Shown here piece by piece: positions 50,085-63,600 of a stretch of DNA of 64,000 nt. The position numbers and the translations under genes were made by a program. Each line of letters starts with the position of its first letter. The stretch's first letter is position 1. Source of the DNA: Azolla caroliniana (taxonomy: Eukaryota > Plantae > Polypodiophyta); assembly GCA_043228905.1 (NCBI GenBank), contig JBHGNT010000013.1, forward strand, positions 14,570,001 to 14,634,000, given 5' to 3'. Below the pieces are notes generated by a model. That model had not been told where the DNA came from. It saw only the letters and a list, made by a program, of their open reading frames with translations, and searched no databases.

Positions 50085-50928
50085 CAACAACAGTCACGTC
50101 CATGTATTTGGCTTTTGTGCTTGACAATGTCACGGCCAGTTGCTTCTTACTGTTCCATGATATGGCTCCGCTATTGATTGAAAATACGGAGCCCGAAGTC
50201 GATCGTCAATCAGCTTTGTAGCCGGCCCAATCGACATCCGTATATCCTTTGAGTTGAATTTGCATGGCCGACTTATAGAGAATGTTGTAGTCCATCATTC
50301 CACTCACGTATCATAACACTTGCTTAGCACAATCTAAATGAATATCACGTGGAGTTTGCATGAATTGACTAAGGAGGCTGACCAGATAACTGAGGTCAGG
50401 TTGAGTGATCGTGAGGTAGATAAGACTTCCAACAAGTTGCCGATAGTGTGTCGGCTCACACTATGTGGTGCGGGAGTCGGCATCCAGTTTGAGGTTTCGG
50501 TCAAGAGGGGTGGCAACAACCTTACACTTTGTCATCCCAATCTTGAAGAGTAGATTGAGGAGATAGTGTTGGGAGATCATAACGTTGTTAGAGGTTCAAA
50601 TTACTTCAATGCCCAGAAAGTAATGGAGCTCTTTCATGTCCGTCATCTCGAATTTGCCGGAGAGGAGCATCTTAATGTTGCTGATGTCGGCTAATTATGC
50701 TCCTCCAATCACGAGGTCGTCCACATATATGATGATGAATATCTGACCATTCGCACCGTTTCAGACAAATAATAAGTTATCGGACTTGGAAATCCAAAAG
50801 CCGATTCAGTCAAGATATTGTGTTATCTTTAAATGTCAAGCCTGTGGTGCGTGCTTAAGGGCATAGAGAGGCTTTTTGAGTCGGCATACCTCATGTGGGT
50901 GAGTACTAAACTCTAATCCGGGTGGTTG
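50085..50928 (-). pseudogene. Copia RT/RH fragment of the 5370 family
   Basis: The minus strand encodes TQPPG..VCRLKKPLYALKHAPQA, IIIYVDDL and GYTDVDWAGY. It is collinear with 6390-7200. Confidence 0.85.
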
Positions 50929-53147
50929 TGTTATGAAACAAGTCCCTCCGGATGGGAAGAGAAGAGCCGAGTTTATGAGGAACTTGGTTGAGGCCAAAAC
51001 TGAAATCGTGTAGACAACCAACTTAGAAGACTATACTTGTAAATAGTCTAAATATGCTCTTATGGGCTCCACTTGTAAATAACCCAAAAGGTGTACTAGT
51101 ATATATGTACTTAGGGCAATCATAATAGGAAGGTGAGTGATTGTCAAAAAGGTTACTTAGAAGGTTGTGGCCTCTATAACTGTGTAACAGTAAGTGAGTG
51201 AGAGTGAGAGCATGTGTAACTCTGTAGCCATCTGTTGACGAAGTAGAATCTCGAGGTTGTTGCCTCGGAGCTTCTAGTTGTACTCCTCCTTTTCGCATAG
51301 TGATTCTATTTCTCGAGGTTTTGTGGACCCCCGTGGTTTTTCCCATTTCGGGTTTCAACATTAAAATTGTGTGTTTTTGTCTCTTGTGTTACTTCTGTTT
51401 TCGTACTTTGTCTGAGCGCATTCTATTTTACGTTCCCTGCACCCGAACATCCGAACGAGAAGTCGCGATTCTCGACAAAGTGGTATCAGAGCGAACAACA
51501 CAGGAAATGGAAGAATCATTCGGCGGCATGTTCAAGCTCACCGGCTCCAACTACTCAGTGTGGAAGTTGAAGATGAGGGATATGCTGGTGGCTAAAGATC
51601 TTTGGTTGCCGGTTCAGTTCGGGGACAAGAGACCGGATAAGATCGACGCCAGAGTGTGGGAGGTGATGCACATGAAGACGACGGCATACATCCAATGCTT
51701 CATCGACATGAGCCTGTACAACAACTTCAATGAAGAAAGTAAGGCTCATGAACTCTGGGAGAAGATCGGCATCATGTTCCAGAACAAGAATGTTATTAAT
51801 CAGGTTTCGGTATTCAGGAAGCTAGTGAGACTCTGGTACCAAGACAACTCTAGTATGGCAGAGCACATGAATGCCTTCCAAGGACTGATAAACCAGGCAA
51901 CCTCATTTGAAGCACCTCTCGCCGATGAGGTACTCGCATTACTCCTACTCGGTTCCCTCCCGGATAGTTGGGAGACGCTAGTTGTCACGTTGGGTAACGT
52001 CGGGCCAGAAGGAAAATAGTTGTCCGTAGCAAGAGTCAAATCTAGCTTACTAGATGAAGAAGCTTGCCGAAAGGACCGTGAATCCGGAACCGATCCGAAG
52101 GCCTTGGTTACGGAAGATGACCACAACCGGGGAAGAGGCCGGTATCGAAGTCCCCAAAACCGGGACATATCGAGGACGAGGTCGAAGTTGAAAGGAAGGC
52201 CCAGGTGCTTCTATTGCAAGAAGCCGGGGCACTTTCAAAAGAATTTCCGACATTTCCAAAAGGAAAAAGGGGGAGCCGATGGTGTGCAACTGAAAAAAAA
52301 TTCAGAAAGCAGGAACACCTCGGCGATCAAGACAAGCGAGGAGGAGTTGCTGCTCATTAGCGAGCAGAACGAAGTGAACCTTGTCAGCGATGAATCGACA
52401 TGGGTGGTCGATTTGGGTGCATCATTTCACCTAACCCCTGACCGGAAATGCTTCTCATCGTACAGGGCCGATGATCTCGGATCCGTAAAGATGGGAAATG
52501 AAGGAGCATGTCAAATCGTCGGCATTGCAAACGTGTGTTTGGTGACCTCAACTGGCTATAGACTCATGCTGAGAGATGTTCGACACGTTCCGGAGGTTCA
52601 ATTGAACCTGATATCAGTTGGTCGGCTGGACATTGAAGGCTACACGGGTAGCATCCGGAATGGTGTCATGAAGTTCTGCAAGGGGATCCTAATCGTGGCT
52701 CGAGCACGGATAACCAACACACTGTACGTAATGAATGCTCGATTATCCTGTGCGGAAGTTAATGTGGCAGTTGAAATAGTCGATGAACTGTGGCATAGGA
52801 GGTTGTGCCACATGAGCCAAAAGGGGATGCGGAAGCTTGCCGAGGATAACCTCATTCCGGAGGTGAAGAACGTGCAACTTGAGAAATGCACGGTGTCGTG
52901 AAGAATTTCGTCCAGAGGCGGAAACTGGGAAATATTGGCTACATCGGCGGGGTGCACCATGTGCACTCACCCTCGTGTGATTGTGTGAATAATAGGAGTT
53001 AAGTCGGGACGAAGAATCCCATGTAAATCGGGATTTATCCCACATTGCAACGCATCCCTCTCCTTGTTCTATAAAAGGAAGGGATGGTCCCTTGTAGAAG
53101 GGTTGCCCATTTTGTATTCGTAGGGTATACCATTAGACGGAGAGATG

Positions 53148-53233
<86 letters not shown>

Positions 53234-55046
53234 TTAGGGTTTCTTCTTCTTGCTCTCCTTTGCTTCTTCTTCTTCTTCGTCCTTCTGTGCGTCGAGCCTT
53301 GGCATCTAGCGTTCCAGTTTTCTATCATGTACTCTGTGCAAGACCCCGCTCGGCGCAACAAGCCCGAGAGCTCCCCGACCAGCTGCTTGGCAGTAGACAA
53401 CGGTTGTATCTCATGCGGCCTAGGTCCGGCTAGAATTCGGTGTTGAATCTCGTTGTCTTGTAAATACATATACATTTGGTTGTGCATATTCGGGTCTCTG
53501 TTGGTGTGCGTGTGTGTGTCTTAGTGTTTCTTTCTAGCTTATGTACATGTTCGTACGAGAGTCAATGTTGCGTGCCTGCTCTCTCTCTCTCTCCCTTCGG
53601 TTGCTTCCAGTGTGCTCCTGGGAAAGGTGAAGCACGATTTCCTACGCTCCGTCACTCCCTAGTCCAAGACCCCCGTCGTCCCGCCTTTCTCCACGCACAT
53701 GCGTAACAACGCGACAACAGATTGCTTGGCCGATAAGCAAAATCGAACATCCTTCCGAACAAGGCCCCCAATGAGGAAGAAAATACCGCTAGAACTCGTG
53801 CATACAGATGTATGCTACGTGGACACGAAGTCACATAGTGGTTCACAATATTTCGTGACCTTTATAGAGGACTATAGACGGAAGTTGTGGGCTTCTGTGC
53901 TGAAGTCGAAGGATCAAGTGTTGTCCGTCTTCAAAGAGTTCCAGGCGAGGGCCAAGAGAGAAATCAGTCGTAAATTGAAGGCAATCCAAGCGGACAATGG
54001 CGGAGAGTACCACGGACCGTTCGAAGAATATTGCCGAAAAGAAGGAATACGACTTGAGTATATTGTGCCAAAAACGCCAAAGCTGAATGGGTTGGCCAAG
54101 AGAATGAATCGGACCATAATGGAGAGAGTCTGAAGCATGCTTGCACGTGCGAAATTACCAAAAACATTCTGGGCTGAGGCGCTAATGACAGCAGCATATG
54201 TGATAAACCGATCACCCTCAGTACCCTTGGATGGTGATATTCCACAACGGGTGTGGAGTGGCAAAGACGTGTCGTACCGACATTTGAGGGTGTTCGGTTG
54301 TCTTGCTTTTGTGCATGTGGCAAAGGACCAAAGGGGGAAATTAGACCCGAAATCTCGGTCGTGCATATTTCTCGGTTATGGCGATGATGAGTTTGGCTAT
54401 CGGCTATGGGACTTAGCCGAGAAGAAGGTGATTAGGAGCCGAGACATTGTCTTCATGGAAGAGAAGACAATGATTGATTGGGAGAACGAGAAAAAGTCTT
54501 CAACCATTGAATCGAGCCGAGTCAATGCTCAGTTGGATCGTGTAGATGACGGTTCAATCGAAATTGAACCCGTACTAGTCGATTGATCTAATACTCGGCA
54601 AAATCGAGAAACGACTGATGATCAAGGGGAGTCGGCCGAAAAAGGAACCGAAATCGACTCGGACAAAGAGGTTGAAGACGAACTAACCATACCGAATGTA
54701 GGCCGAAGATACCCCCTTAGAGAGCGAAGAGCCCCCCAAAGATTTCCGGATGAAGAACGCATACTGCTAACCGATGAGGGGGATCCGGAAAGCTACGAAG
54801 AAGCTAAGAAAGATACCCACAACCGAGATTGGTTACGTGCCATGCAAGAGGAGATGGATTCCTTGCATGAGAACCACACATACGAACTAACCAAGTTGCC
54901 GAAGGGGAAGAAGGCCCTTCGAAATAAGTGGGTATACAAGTTGAAACCGGGAGATGGCCGAAAACCACCCAGATACAAAGCACAAATTATGGTAAAAGGG
55001 TTTCAACAAAAGAAGGGCGTGGATTTCGACGAAATATTTGCCCCGG
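50929..55046 (+). mobile_element. Tork-like Copia element (5' LTR 50929-51477, gag, PR, INT, start of RT), truncated by a later insertion
   Basis: It starts TGTTATGAAACAAGTCCCTCCGGATGGG and has PBS TGGTATCAGAGC at 51481. Motifs: gag MEESFGGMFKLTGSNY, CFYCKKPGH, HTDVC, DNGGEY, GVDFDEIFAP|. Confidence 0.92.
52894..53716 (+). mobile_element. Solo LTR, TGTCGTG...CGCGACA, TSD ACGG/ACAG
   Basis: It splits the integrase zinc finger EKCT|DCL. It has an internal CTATAAAAGG and (CT)n. Confidence 0.88.
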
Positions 55047-56211
55047 TGTTACCCAGACAAGTATAGATATGTCGGAGTCAGAACGATGTTCGGAGTCGAA
55101 GTCGGAGTCGAATCGACAGTTTGGATCAATGACTCAACAGATAGCCGAATAGGACATAGTTAGTTACGAAGTTTTGTAATTCTTGGTAATTATAGGCATT
55201 AGGATTTCTTGATGAGAAAAGACCTTCAGGTTACCTATAAAAGGAAACCAAAGGCATTGTAAAGAGTTATCATTGTAATTAGTAATATAAAGTTTGGTTA
55301 GAAAATCTCTGTGTACTGATTACTTTTTGCCATCTATTTCTTCCTGTCTAAACAATATTACATAAGTCACGATCTCGGTGTCTGTTATCATCGATAAGCT
55401 TACAGATAATTAGTATCTATTTGTTTAACCACAACTTCTTGATAGAACGTACGGTACGAACATTCGTCTTATACTGTGTCGGCAAAATAGCAATTGTCGA
55501 CCGAACAACACAGTATAATTTTGGCACGCCCGGTTAAATCTACACATATTAGAGAACAAGACGAATGGATGTCGTATGGTCCGAATACACCAGTTGGTTG
55601 TAAACATCCTCGTACGCGTTCTGTTACGAAGATGCTAGAGACAAAATCGGCTGAGGGATTCCTGATTTAACTGATCGCCAAACTTCCGACGAAAATCAGC
55701 CGGAAGAGGTATCATTTTACAATATCTGGAGTGAGGACAATATGCCTTATCCATACTCGAAGTTCCATGAGGGAGCTGATGCAGAAGCGCATGTGAGGGA
55801 TTTTCTAACAACATGGGAGATAAACCATGGAGCTCAGAGTCTGTCGGCGACAACCGAAGATAAGTCTAAGATTGTTGAGTTTGTTTTGTCATTGGAGTGT
55901 TATTCCGCTAATTGGTTTGCGCAAAATGGTCTCCGTGGGTTCGAAACATTCAAACAATTGAATGGCAAATTTCTGCAGTTATTTCATCGTCAAATACCTC
56001 AAAAAGATTTGATAGCCCAAATTTATGCATTGTATCAGGAGCAGCAGGAAACAATGTCTCAATTCGTGATTCGTTTTCAGAATTTGCAACTGCAAATTTC
56101 TAGGCCTATTCCGGACGATGAATTGAAGGATGTATTCCTTTAAGCAATTCGTGAACCATTACGAACAACACTGAAGGTGTTCAATTTCTGGAATCAGAAT
56201 ATTGAGCAAAC
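55047..56211 (+). mobile_element. 5' end of a Ty3/Gypsy element (LTR, tRNA-Arg-type PBS, gag fragment)
   Basis: TGTTAC at 55047 interrupts the host RT. TGGCACGCCC is at 55522. ORF 55742-56143 is Retrotrans_gag-like (ANWF..F..L...FLQLF..Q...ETMSQFVIRF). Confidence 0.75.
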
Positions 56212-56537
56212 CATGGTGGCCGCATAGGCCGCACCAAACGACTATGAGGAAACCCTAACTGAGGACGAATAAGGAAACCCTAAACGAAACCCTAACCCTA
56301 AAACGATAAGAACTCTAGACTAAGTGGTATACCTTTCATACCCAAAATAGGCAACCCTTCACAAGTGACCCCTCCCTTCCTTTTATAGCCCAAGGAGGGA
56401 GGGACCTTACAATGTGGGATAAAAATTTCCCCTCTCTTTCTATACACCATATCCTAGTATACATGTGCACATGTTGCACACCACCGACTTGCCCTTTCCA
56501 CCCCAGTTTCCACCTATGGACAAAAATCTTCACGACA
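56212..56537 (-). mobile_element. 5' fragment of a TGTCG-family LTR
   Basis: The minus strand TGTCGTGAAGATTTTTGTCCATAGGTGGAAACTGGG matches 52894 TGTCGTGAAGAATTTCGTCCAGAGGCGGAAACTGGG. Confidence 0.75.
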
Positions 56538-56699
56538 CCGCAGGGAATAATATGAATAGAGTACACAAAGATACTAGGAATTCTAATATGGAAAAGAGAA
56601 TTACTCGTTCGGACTCCTTAGCTCAAAAGGAACAGAGTGGTATTTTGAAGGATAAAAGGTCGTTGCCTCCTTCCTCTTGATATGGATTCTTTGACTTTA

Positions 56700-58320
56700 C
56701 TTTCTTTGAATGTGTAGGGGTTAGGAGGTGATAAATTTCATAAAGTTAAACGTCTATTTAATCTGGAGTTATCATCTCAATATGTGGGTGGGTGAATTTG
56801 ATGTTTTATCAATGCAAGGGCATCTTTTATCGTAGAGTAGGGTGTCTAAAATTCGTAAGTTCTTGAAAGGAAAGTGGTTTTATGATTGGATTCCAGCTTT
56901 TGGGTCAACTAGAACACACAAGGGACGTGCTATTGCATGTTCTGAAAAATGGGCTTCTTTGATTGTAGATAAAGGTTTCTTTGCATCGTGGTCATGCTCA
57001 TTTCATAGTTTTTAAACTATTAGGGGGGGGGAAATGGTTTCTTGAATGTTTATGCCCCGAATTCAACGATGGGAAGGGCACATTTTTTGTACCAGTTGTG
57101 GAATTATCTCTTGGTAATGGATCATTGGTGCATTGCTGGAGACTTTAATATGCTTGAAGTCCCTTCTGATCGTGTGGGTGGGAATATAGTTACAATTTCA
57201 CGTGTTGAATTGGAGAAATTATGTTTTAAATTTAACTTATCGGAATTGTGGTTTATGTTAGGAAACAGGTCTCTTCGGATGGGAAGTGAAGAGTACCCGA
57301 CTACGGAAGACCCGGTGAGAACCGGATGAAGAGTACCCGGCTACGGAAGACCCGGTGAGAACCGGAAGAAGAGTACCCAGCTACGGAAGACCTGGTGAGA
57401 ACCGGATGAGGATTACCCGGCAAGAGCTGGATGGTGAAGGCCCGGTGAGAAGTGCTCACCGGATGAAGGGACATATTTGTAAATATGTTTTTGAGAGTCC
57501 ATCGGGGCTATATTTGTAAATAGCCGAAAAGTCATATTAGTATAAATATGACTTAGGGCAAACAGTAAAGGTAGAGATGATGTCATTCTTATTGGCGCAA
57601 GACTAGAGAGCGCGTAACTGTGTACAGAGAGAGAGAGAGAGAGAGAGAGGAAGAGGTCGTTGCCTCTGTTGTAACCGCCGCCTGTGGCGAAGATAGAAAG
57701 CTCGAGGTCATTGCTTTGGTGCTTTACCATTTGTACATTCTGACATAGTGATAGTTTGCAGTCTATGGGCTGCCGTGGTTTTTTCCCTAGTTTGGGTTTT
57801 CCACGTTAACATCCTGTGTTCTCTTCTCTCCATTGTCTCGTGCATTCATTCCCGTTTTTCTGTGTTTTGATTCTAAGCTCGGTTGTGGCCGAGCGTTGTT
57901 CATCGGGAGCGTGTGTTCCTGTTAGTTTATTCAATGTTTTGTAAGAAGGGTTGACTCATTGTAATTTTCTAGCTCTAACAGACGTGTATTCGGTGTCAAA
58001 CTGTCTAGGATTGACTGGTTTCATGCAGATCCATTTTTTGGGGATTTAGGTGGATCTCTAGGGATTGTACCGGGTACAACCTTTCTGGATCATACACAAG
58101 TAAATGTAACTTTGAAATTGCGGTTTATTGCATTCCACGATCACGTTTAGATCCCTATGTGGATTCTGAAGGATGTTTCCATTAAGGATATCGTTGCTTC
58201 TCTTTGGTTTAGTGTCTTTGCTCATGATAAGTTATCTAATGTTTTTCGAGCTTTACTTGAACTTAAGCAGTTGCTTTTAGGCAAAGCTAAGGATAAGAGA
58301 AACTTTCTTAGCATAAACTT
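56700..58320 (+). pseudogene. L1-like LINE ORF2 APE endonuclease fragment, split by a solo LTR
   Basis: It encodes NVYAPN and WCIAGDFNM before the insertion, and KLSRIDWF and TTF.DH after it. Confidence 0.85.
57256..57924 (+). mobile_element. Solo LTR of the Tork-like family (related to 1-745)
   Basis: It starts TGTTAGG and has a perfect TSD GTTTA. It has 39-bp U3 repeats with CCGGTGAGAACCGG and shares the CCGTGGTTTTT and CGGTTGTGGCC motifs. Confidence 0.9.
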
Positions 58321-58821
58321 TATAAACTGTATTTCAAAACCTCCTTGCTCATGCATTGGTTTGTTTCTACTTTTAACTAGGTTGTTACCTTTTGCTCTAT
58401 CATAAAGCTACACAGTTTGGCAATTGTTGAGCTTGCATTGATTGTGCAATAATTCACACTTGATTCCTATCAATAGCTTTGAATATTTGCTTAATCCAAT
58501 TGTTGAGGAAGAATAGGCCATCAACGAGGTGAATGAATGAGCAATTGGATTGCAACCGATTGGTCTAACACCGAGGTATACACCTCTCTCTTTTTTTGTT
58601 GACAAATACGCCTTGGTATTATAAGATCACAAGAAAGAGGTACATAAGTTGTTTTGGAGAAACGGAGATAACATATGAATCCCTTAGACCCACATCATGG
58701 CCGCTTTGATGTGTATATACAATAGCCAAACAGGTTTGTATACCATATCTCCAAGATTACTATGCTCTACTCCTCCCAAACGGCAAATGATCACAAAATG
58801 TATCGTATACCACCAACAACT

Positions 58822-59331
58822 AAACCTAAACCTCCTCATGTCCCATACTATTGAGCATTGATGCGAGTCATACCTTGGGTTCCGCAAGAATCGCACGTGC
58901 TTAGCTAACAAGAACCATAGCCACACTGACATAGTCTCAACATAAATCAAATCTCCTTATAAGAAGGTAGCTAGTCTTTTAATATAGGCAGATTCCATAG
59001 GCCCTAGTGAGTTAACACTTGACTACTTTATGTGAAGTGGTCTAATGATAACACACTTAATAATTGTCTCCCTAGCAACGACATGAGACAAACCTAAACC
59101 TCCTCAATGTCCCATACCACCGAGCATTGATGTGAGTTGTACCTTGGGTTCCGCGAGGATTGCACGTGCTTAGCTAACAAGAGCCATAACCACACTGACA
59201 TAGCCTCAACATAAATCAAGTCTCCTTATAAGAAGGTAACTAGTCTTCTTATATAGGCAAATCCCATAGGCCCTAGTGAGTTCACACTTTACTACTTTAT
59301 ATGAAGTGGTCTCGTGATAACACACTTAATA
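58822..59331. repeat. ~270-bp tandem duplication
   Basis: AAACCTAAACCTCCTCA...GCACGTGCTTAGCTAACAAG...GATAACACACTTAATA occurs twice (58822 and 59090). Confidence 0.9.
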
Positions 59332-60070
59332 GTTATCCCACACCATAGAATAGAATTGAACGTTAAAAAATGCATACCCTCATTCCTTTTACAATTAACC
59401 CATAAGTACTCATCATAAGATTACGGAAAATTACAAAAAACCTATCTCATGATGAGTTATGGTTATGCACATAACACCCAACAATAGGTTAATTAGGTGG
59501 ATAGCCCAATGGTAGGGAGATCAACCCGATCCAATCTTGGAGAATTACATTATGCCAAAATTTAAAAAAGGATCTCGACAAGTCCCCTCCATATAGAAAG
59601 GAGTAGCAAGTCCAAAGAAGAGATATTAGTTGATCTTAAGATTTTGTAATGCAAGGGGTAGCAAATTGCCTCTTATGCTTCGATTTCTTAGGATTTTTTT
59701 GCTAGGTACAGATCCATTACTCATATTGATTGAGGAATGGTTTTCTTTTAGGGCTCAGCCATTCAAGACGAATCCATTCATATGTCGAATACTTGGTTGA
59801 GATTACCGAAGTTTCGATAATCTCAACCAAATAAATGATCGAATTGATGTTGATGTCTATATTTTATGATAAGCCCATTGATCCAGTTGATTAACAAGTC
59901 GACACTTACGCAAATTAGGGGATAGCAAATAGAAAAAAGGCCTTTCCACGTCAGCTTCTCTTTTATTAGAATAAAAAAAAATTGTATCTGACACACAGAC
60001 GTACGTTTCCTGACTGAACCCACGATTTTAGTTGCTCCATCGATAGGTTAATGATTTTATCAAATATTGA

Positions 60071-60158
60071 AGTAGAGAGAGGGATTCAAACCCTCGGTAC
60101 ATATGAACTATACACCGGATTAGCAATACGACGCATTAAACCTCTCGGTCATCTCTCC
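60071..60158 (-). tRNA. trnS-GCU: Plastid-type tRNA-Ser(GCU) pseudogene in a NUPT
   Basis: The minus strand reads GGAGAGATGACCGAGAGG...ATTGCTAATCCG...TACCGAGGGTTTGAATCCCTCTCTCTAC. It is 88 nt with a long variable arm, and the T-loop and acceptor stem are mutated. Confidence 0.88.
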
Positions 60159-60370
60159 AAGCAAAAGGATCTTTTGGACTTTAACATGAACTTGTTTGAA
60201 TAGTAGTTTAAACAAAACTCCATTGACGAAATAAAAAAACCTATGCTTTGGTAATCAGGTCCAAAAGGAATACTAGATTGGGTGGGGGTTCCTCGTTGGC
60301 CCCCCTCAAGAACTTATCACAGTCTGGGTGGGACTAATTAAGTGAGTCGCCTACAAAAAAACTGGATCAA

Positions 60371-60469
60371 TCAACGATATAGTGCAACAACTAACCTTGC
60401 AGCTAAAATGCTTGTTGCAAAGGCACTAACAAGTGCCAAATTTATTTGAATGTTGGAAATTGATGTCAT
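60371..60469 (-). pseudogene. psaM: Photosystem I subunit XII, nuclear copy of plastid gene
   Basis: The 32-aa ORF MTSISNIQINLALVSAFATSILAARLVVALYR resembles land-plant PsaM and lies next to trnS-GCU, as in non-angiosperm plastomes. Confidence 0.8.
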
Positions 60470-60661
60470 TACCTTTGTTTTTTATCTCCCATTCCTTTCG
60501 TTATAAGTCAATGAACAAGAAAATGTTTCATTCCCCTAGGGTTGAGCCTTGATTCATTGTATCAGTCCTAGTTCACAATGGCTACATTGAGCAAACTGTG
60601 GGTCCTTCCATTGCGTCAGGCAACCATACATGCGGTGGAAATTGCGCAAACTTAGCTATAG

Positions 60662-63600
60662 TGTTACGGGCATGACCATATAATATCCCGTGGTAAGAAT
60701 TTACCGTAGTATTCTATACACGTGGATAAGTGTGAGGGTTAAATGAGAGTGTAAAGAAGGGGAGGATTACTTTTAATCCTCGGGATTGAGACAACCCATT
60801 AGGTCAAGTGTGAACTTGCATGGGGGCCTTGGGTTTCGCTATAAATAAGAGGCCTAGCTAACCTCATTTGATCATCTTTTGACTACATCGAGACTCTGCT
60901 CGTGTGGTGGGTCAACTCTTGTAGCGAGCGCGCCAGCACCAGGTACGACTCGACGCCACGGCGGTGGTATGGGACGCCGATTGAGGCTCGAGTCTGTCTC
61001 GATCCCTTCGCTCGGGGGTGGTCGGGTGGATCGGCACCCTTCTTTCTCTTTCTCCTTTCTATCTTTCATTTCTTTATCCTTATCTTAAGCTTACTTTAGT
61101 ACCAAGATCTATAATATTTGGTATCAGATTTTTGTACTAATGTTTCTTTGTTTTTCATTTGTCTTTTGATTGATGTTGATCGATCGTTGTGCGGTTGGCC
61201 TTGATCCAGACAACGATCAACAAAGAACTTCGGTAACTCTTTCCATAATTTTTCTTTCTATTCTCTCTTCTCCCATCTAATCATGTGTTTAGTTTATATG
61301 TAATTTTTTTTCATTAAGGCAATGATGTTGTAGTGGTCTTTAATTGATTATCTAAAACGTTTACATATGTGCACGAGGTCAATACCTCGTTTGACATATT
61401 AATAATATGTGATGAGTGTCGTATGCGTACGAGGTTAATACCTCAATTACGTATTACGTTCACGAACATATGTTACGTTTGCGTATGAGTTTAATACCTT
61501 GATTTGTTGTAAACGATATGCGTTTGGTCTCGTATGCGTAAGAGGTCAATACCTCCATTGCGTATTACGATGATCTCTTATTTGTGGATGTTTCGTGTGC
61601 GTAGAGGTATATACCTCGATTACGTATCTCGATCACATCATTTGTGGCTATTTACTATAACGATATGTTTAATATAGGCATATGTGGTCACATATATACG
61701 TATTTGATCGTATATATGTGATAAGTAAACATATGTGTATATTCGTTATTACGTGATTATATCGAAAGTTGTCATGGTCGGGAAAACGATGTTGGTGGCC
61801 GTCCTCACATTTTTGTGAGAATGGCGTTGTCACCATCCCTTTTTCAACATTTTTTTATTGTTGATAACCCCGTTGACGACCTCGATTTCGTTACGTAAGG
61901 AAACGCCAATAGCCAAAATGATGTTGAGTACGTAGGGCTTGACCCACTTCAAGTGAGGTCGCTCCAATGACGCACGTATCCAACATCCCTCCCTCGTTAC
62001 ATGGATACGATGCCACCATGAGCTCGTTCTTACGAGAGGCATTCGTAATGACGTGACCATGTGATGGCCCACGTGAGCCTACTACGAAACGAGGGCTCAT
62101 TTGGCTTGACCATTAGGTTGCACTTTGGCGTATGCCATCGTAATTACGAGACTTGAGGTTAGGTAACGTACCAACATAGTTTTGGTAAATGAGGGCGAAA
62201 TAAGGACCCTTGACATATATGTTCTTTTAAAAAAACATATATGATCAATTGCCTCGCATATCTCTTATACGCATCAAACATTAAGCATTCGAGAAGAGCA
62301 ACTTACTTGGTTGGCTCAAGTGTTTAATGTATTTGTTCTCGAGGTCTCGAGTTCAAATATGACCAAGACCATACAACACCCTTGATACATATGACTATAA
62401 CACATGTTTAGACTTAAGGTCTAAGTGCACCTCGGGGTCCTCGTAATAGGACTTAAAGAGCCGAAACCACTTATGTGGGCACCGAAACATAGTTTATTGT
62501 TAACATTTTTTTCGTGTATAAACTATTCATGACGCGAACATACATGGTTGAGCCTCGGGGAGCCACCATGAAAAAATTGATATAGAGATCAGGGAAAGAC
62601 ATTTATTTGTCACCCCCATGGTTTTTAAAACACCTTTGTGTTACCATAGTAACCTGATCTTGAACCTCATCTCATACGTCTAGAGGGGTATTGACGTGAG
62701 ATAATGATATCGATTAATGCTCGCCCATGATATGTTTACATCACGACATGATGTTATGACTATATCTCTGACCTTATCCTATTTCTTTTCCAGAAATAAT
62801 CTTTAATGGCTCAAATTAACGACCCGATGTCATCCGCTCAAGCGGAAGGAACTCAAGGGAATCCTCCTGGACAAATGTCCACTGAGATGTATTTGGCACA
62901 AATAACCCAATACCTTAGTTTCACCGCTCAACAGATGACCGAACTTCGGCAATCTCAGAGTGCTCTTGAGGCACGTGTCATTAGTCTACAACGTGAGACT
63001 AATAGACCTGATGAGCGACAAGGTGAACCATCATTTGTCGTTAAGCCATTTACGGGAGACAAAAAGGAAAGAACCGAAGAAGCAATCTGCACATGGCTGG
63101 GACGATGGGAGTCTCATTTTGAGCTCTATCCCACGCCAGATAGTACGAAGATTGCATATGTCGGCCGAGAACTCAGGGGTAAGGCCGCCGCCTGGTGGCG
63201 TGGCCTCCGTACTATGGGGAAATTGCCCGATACCTGGACAGATTTTGTCACGGTTTTTAAGGGCCAATTTCTGCAACCTCCCTCTCGAACCGAGGCAGCA
63301 CAAGCTTTAATGAACCTCTCTAGCAGGAAATTTTCCTCGCTAGAAGACTATGTTCACCATGCTAGAACCCAAATCCAAAAATCGGGTCTAGAAGGGGACA
63401 ATTGGTTGATAGATTGTTTTGTCAATGGCATCCCCAATTCGGACTATCACTGGATAGTGCACGATAAGGATCCAAAATCCTTCGAAGAGGCCGTTGAAAT
63501 AGTTCTTCGCTATCAACGCACTTCGAAGAAGGACCATAACAAACCCAACGAAGCGCTCGGGACTAAGCAGTCGCAATTTGTTGGGAAACGCAAGACACCC

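Noticed and set aside
59520-59700. Possible psbI/psbK upstream of trnS
   Set aside because: A CTTGGAG...ATG leader-like motif is present, but no PsbI or PsbK peptide could be read.
60071-60158. Functional tRNA-Ser gene
   Set aside because: The T-loop is GTTTGA instead of GTTCGA and the acceptor stem is mismatched. It is plastid-type sequence in a nuclear TE context.
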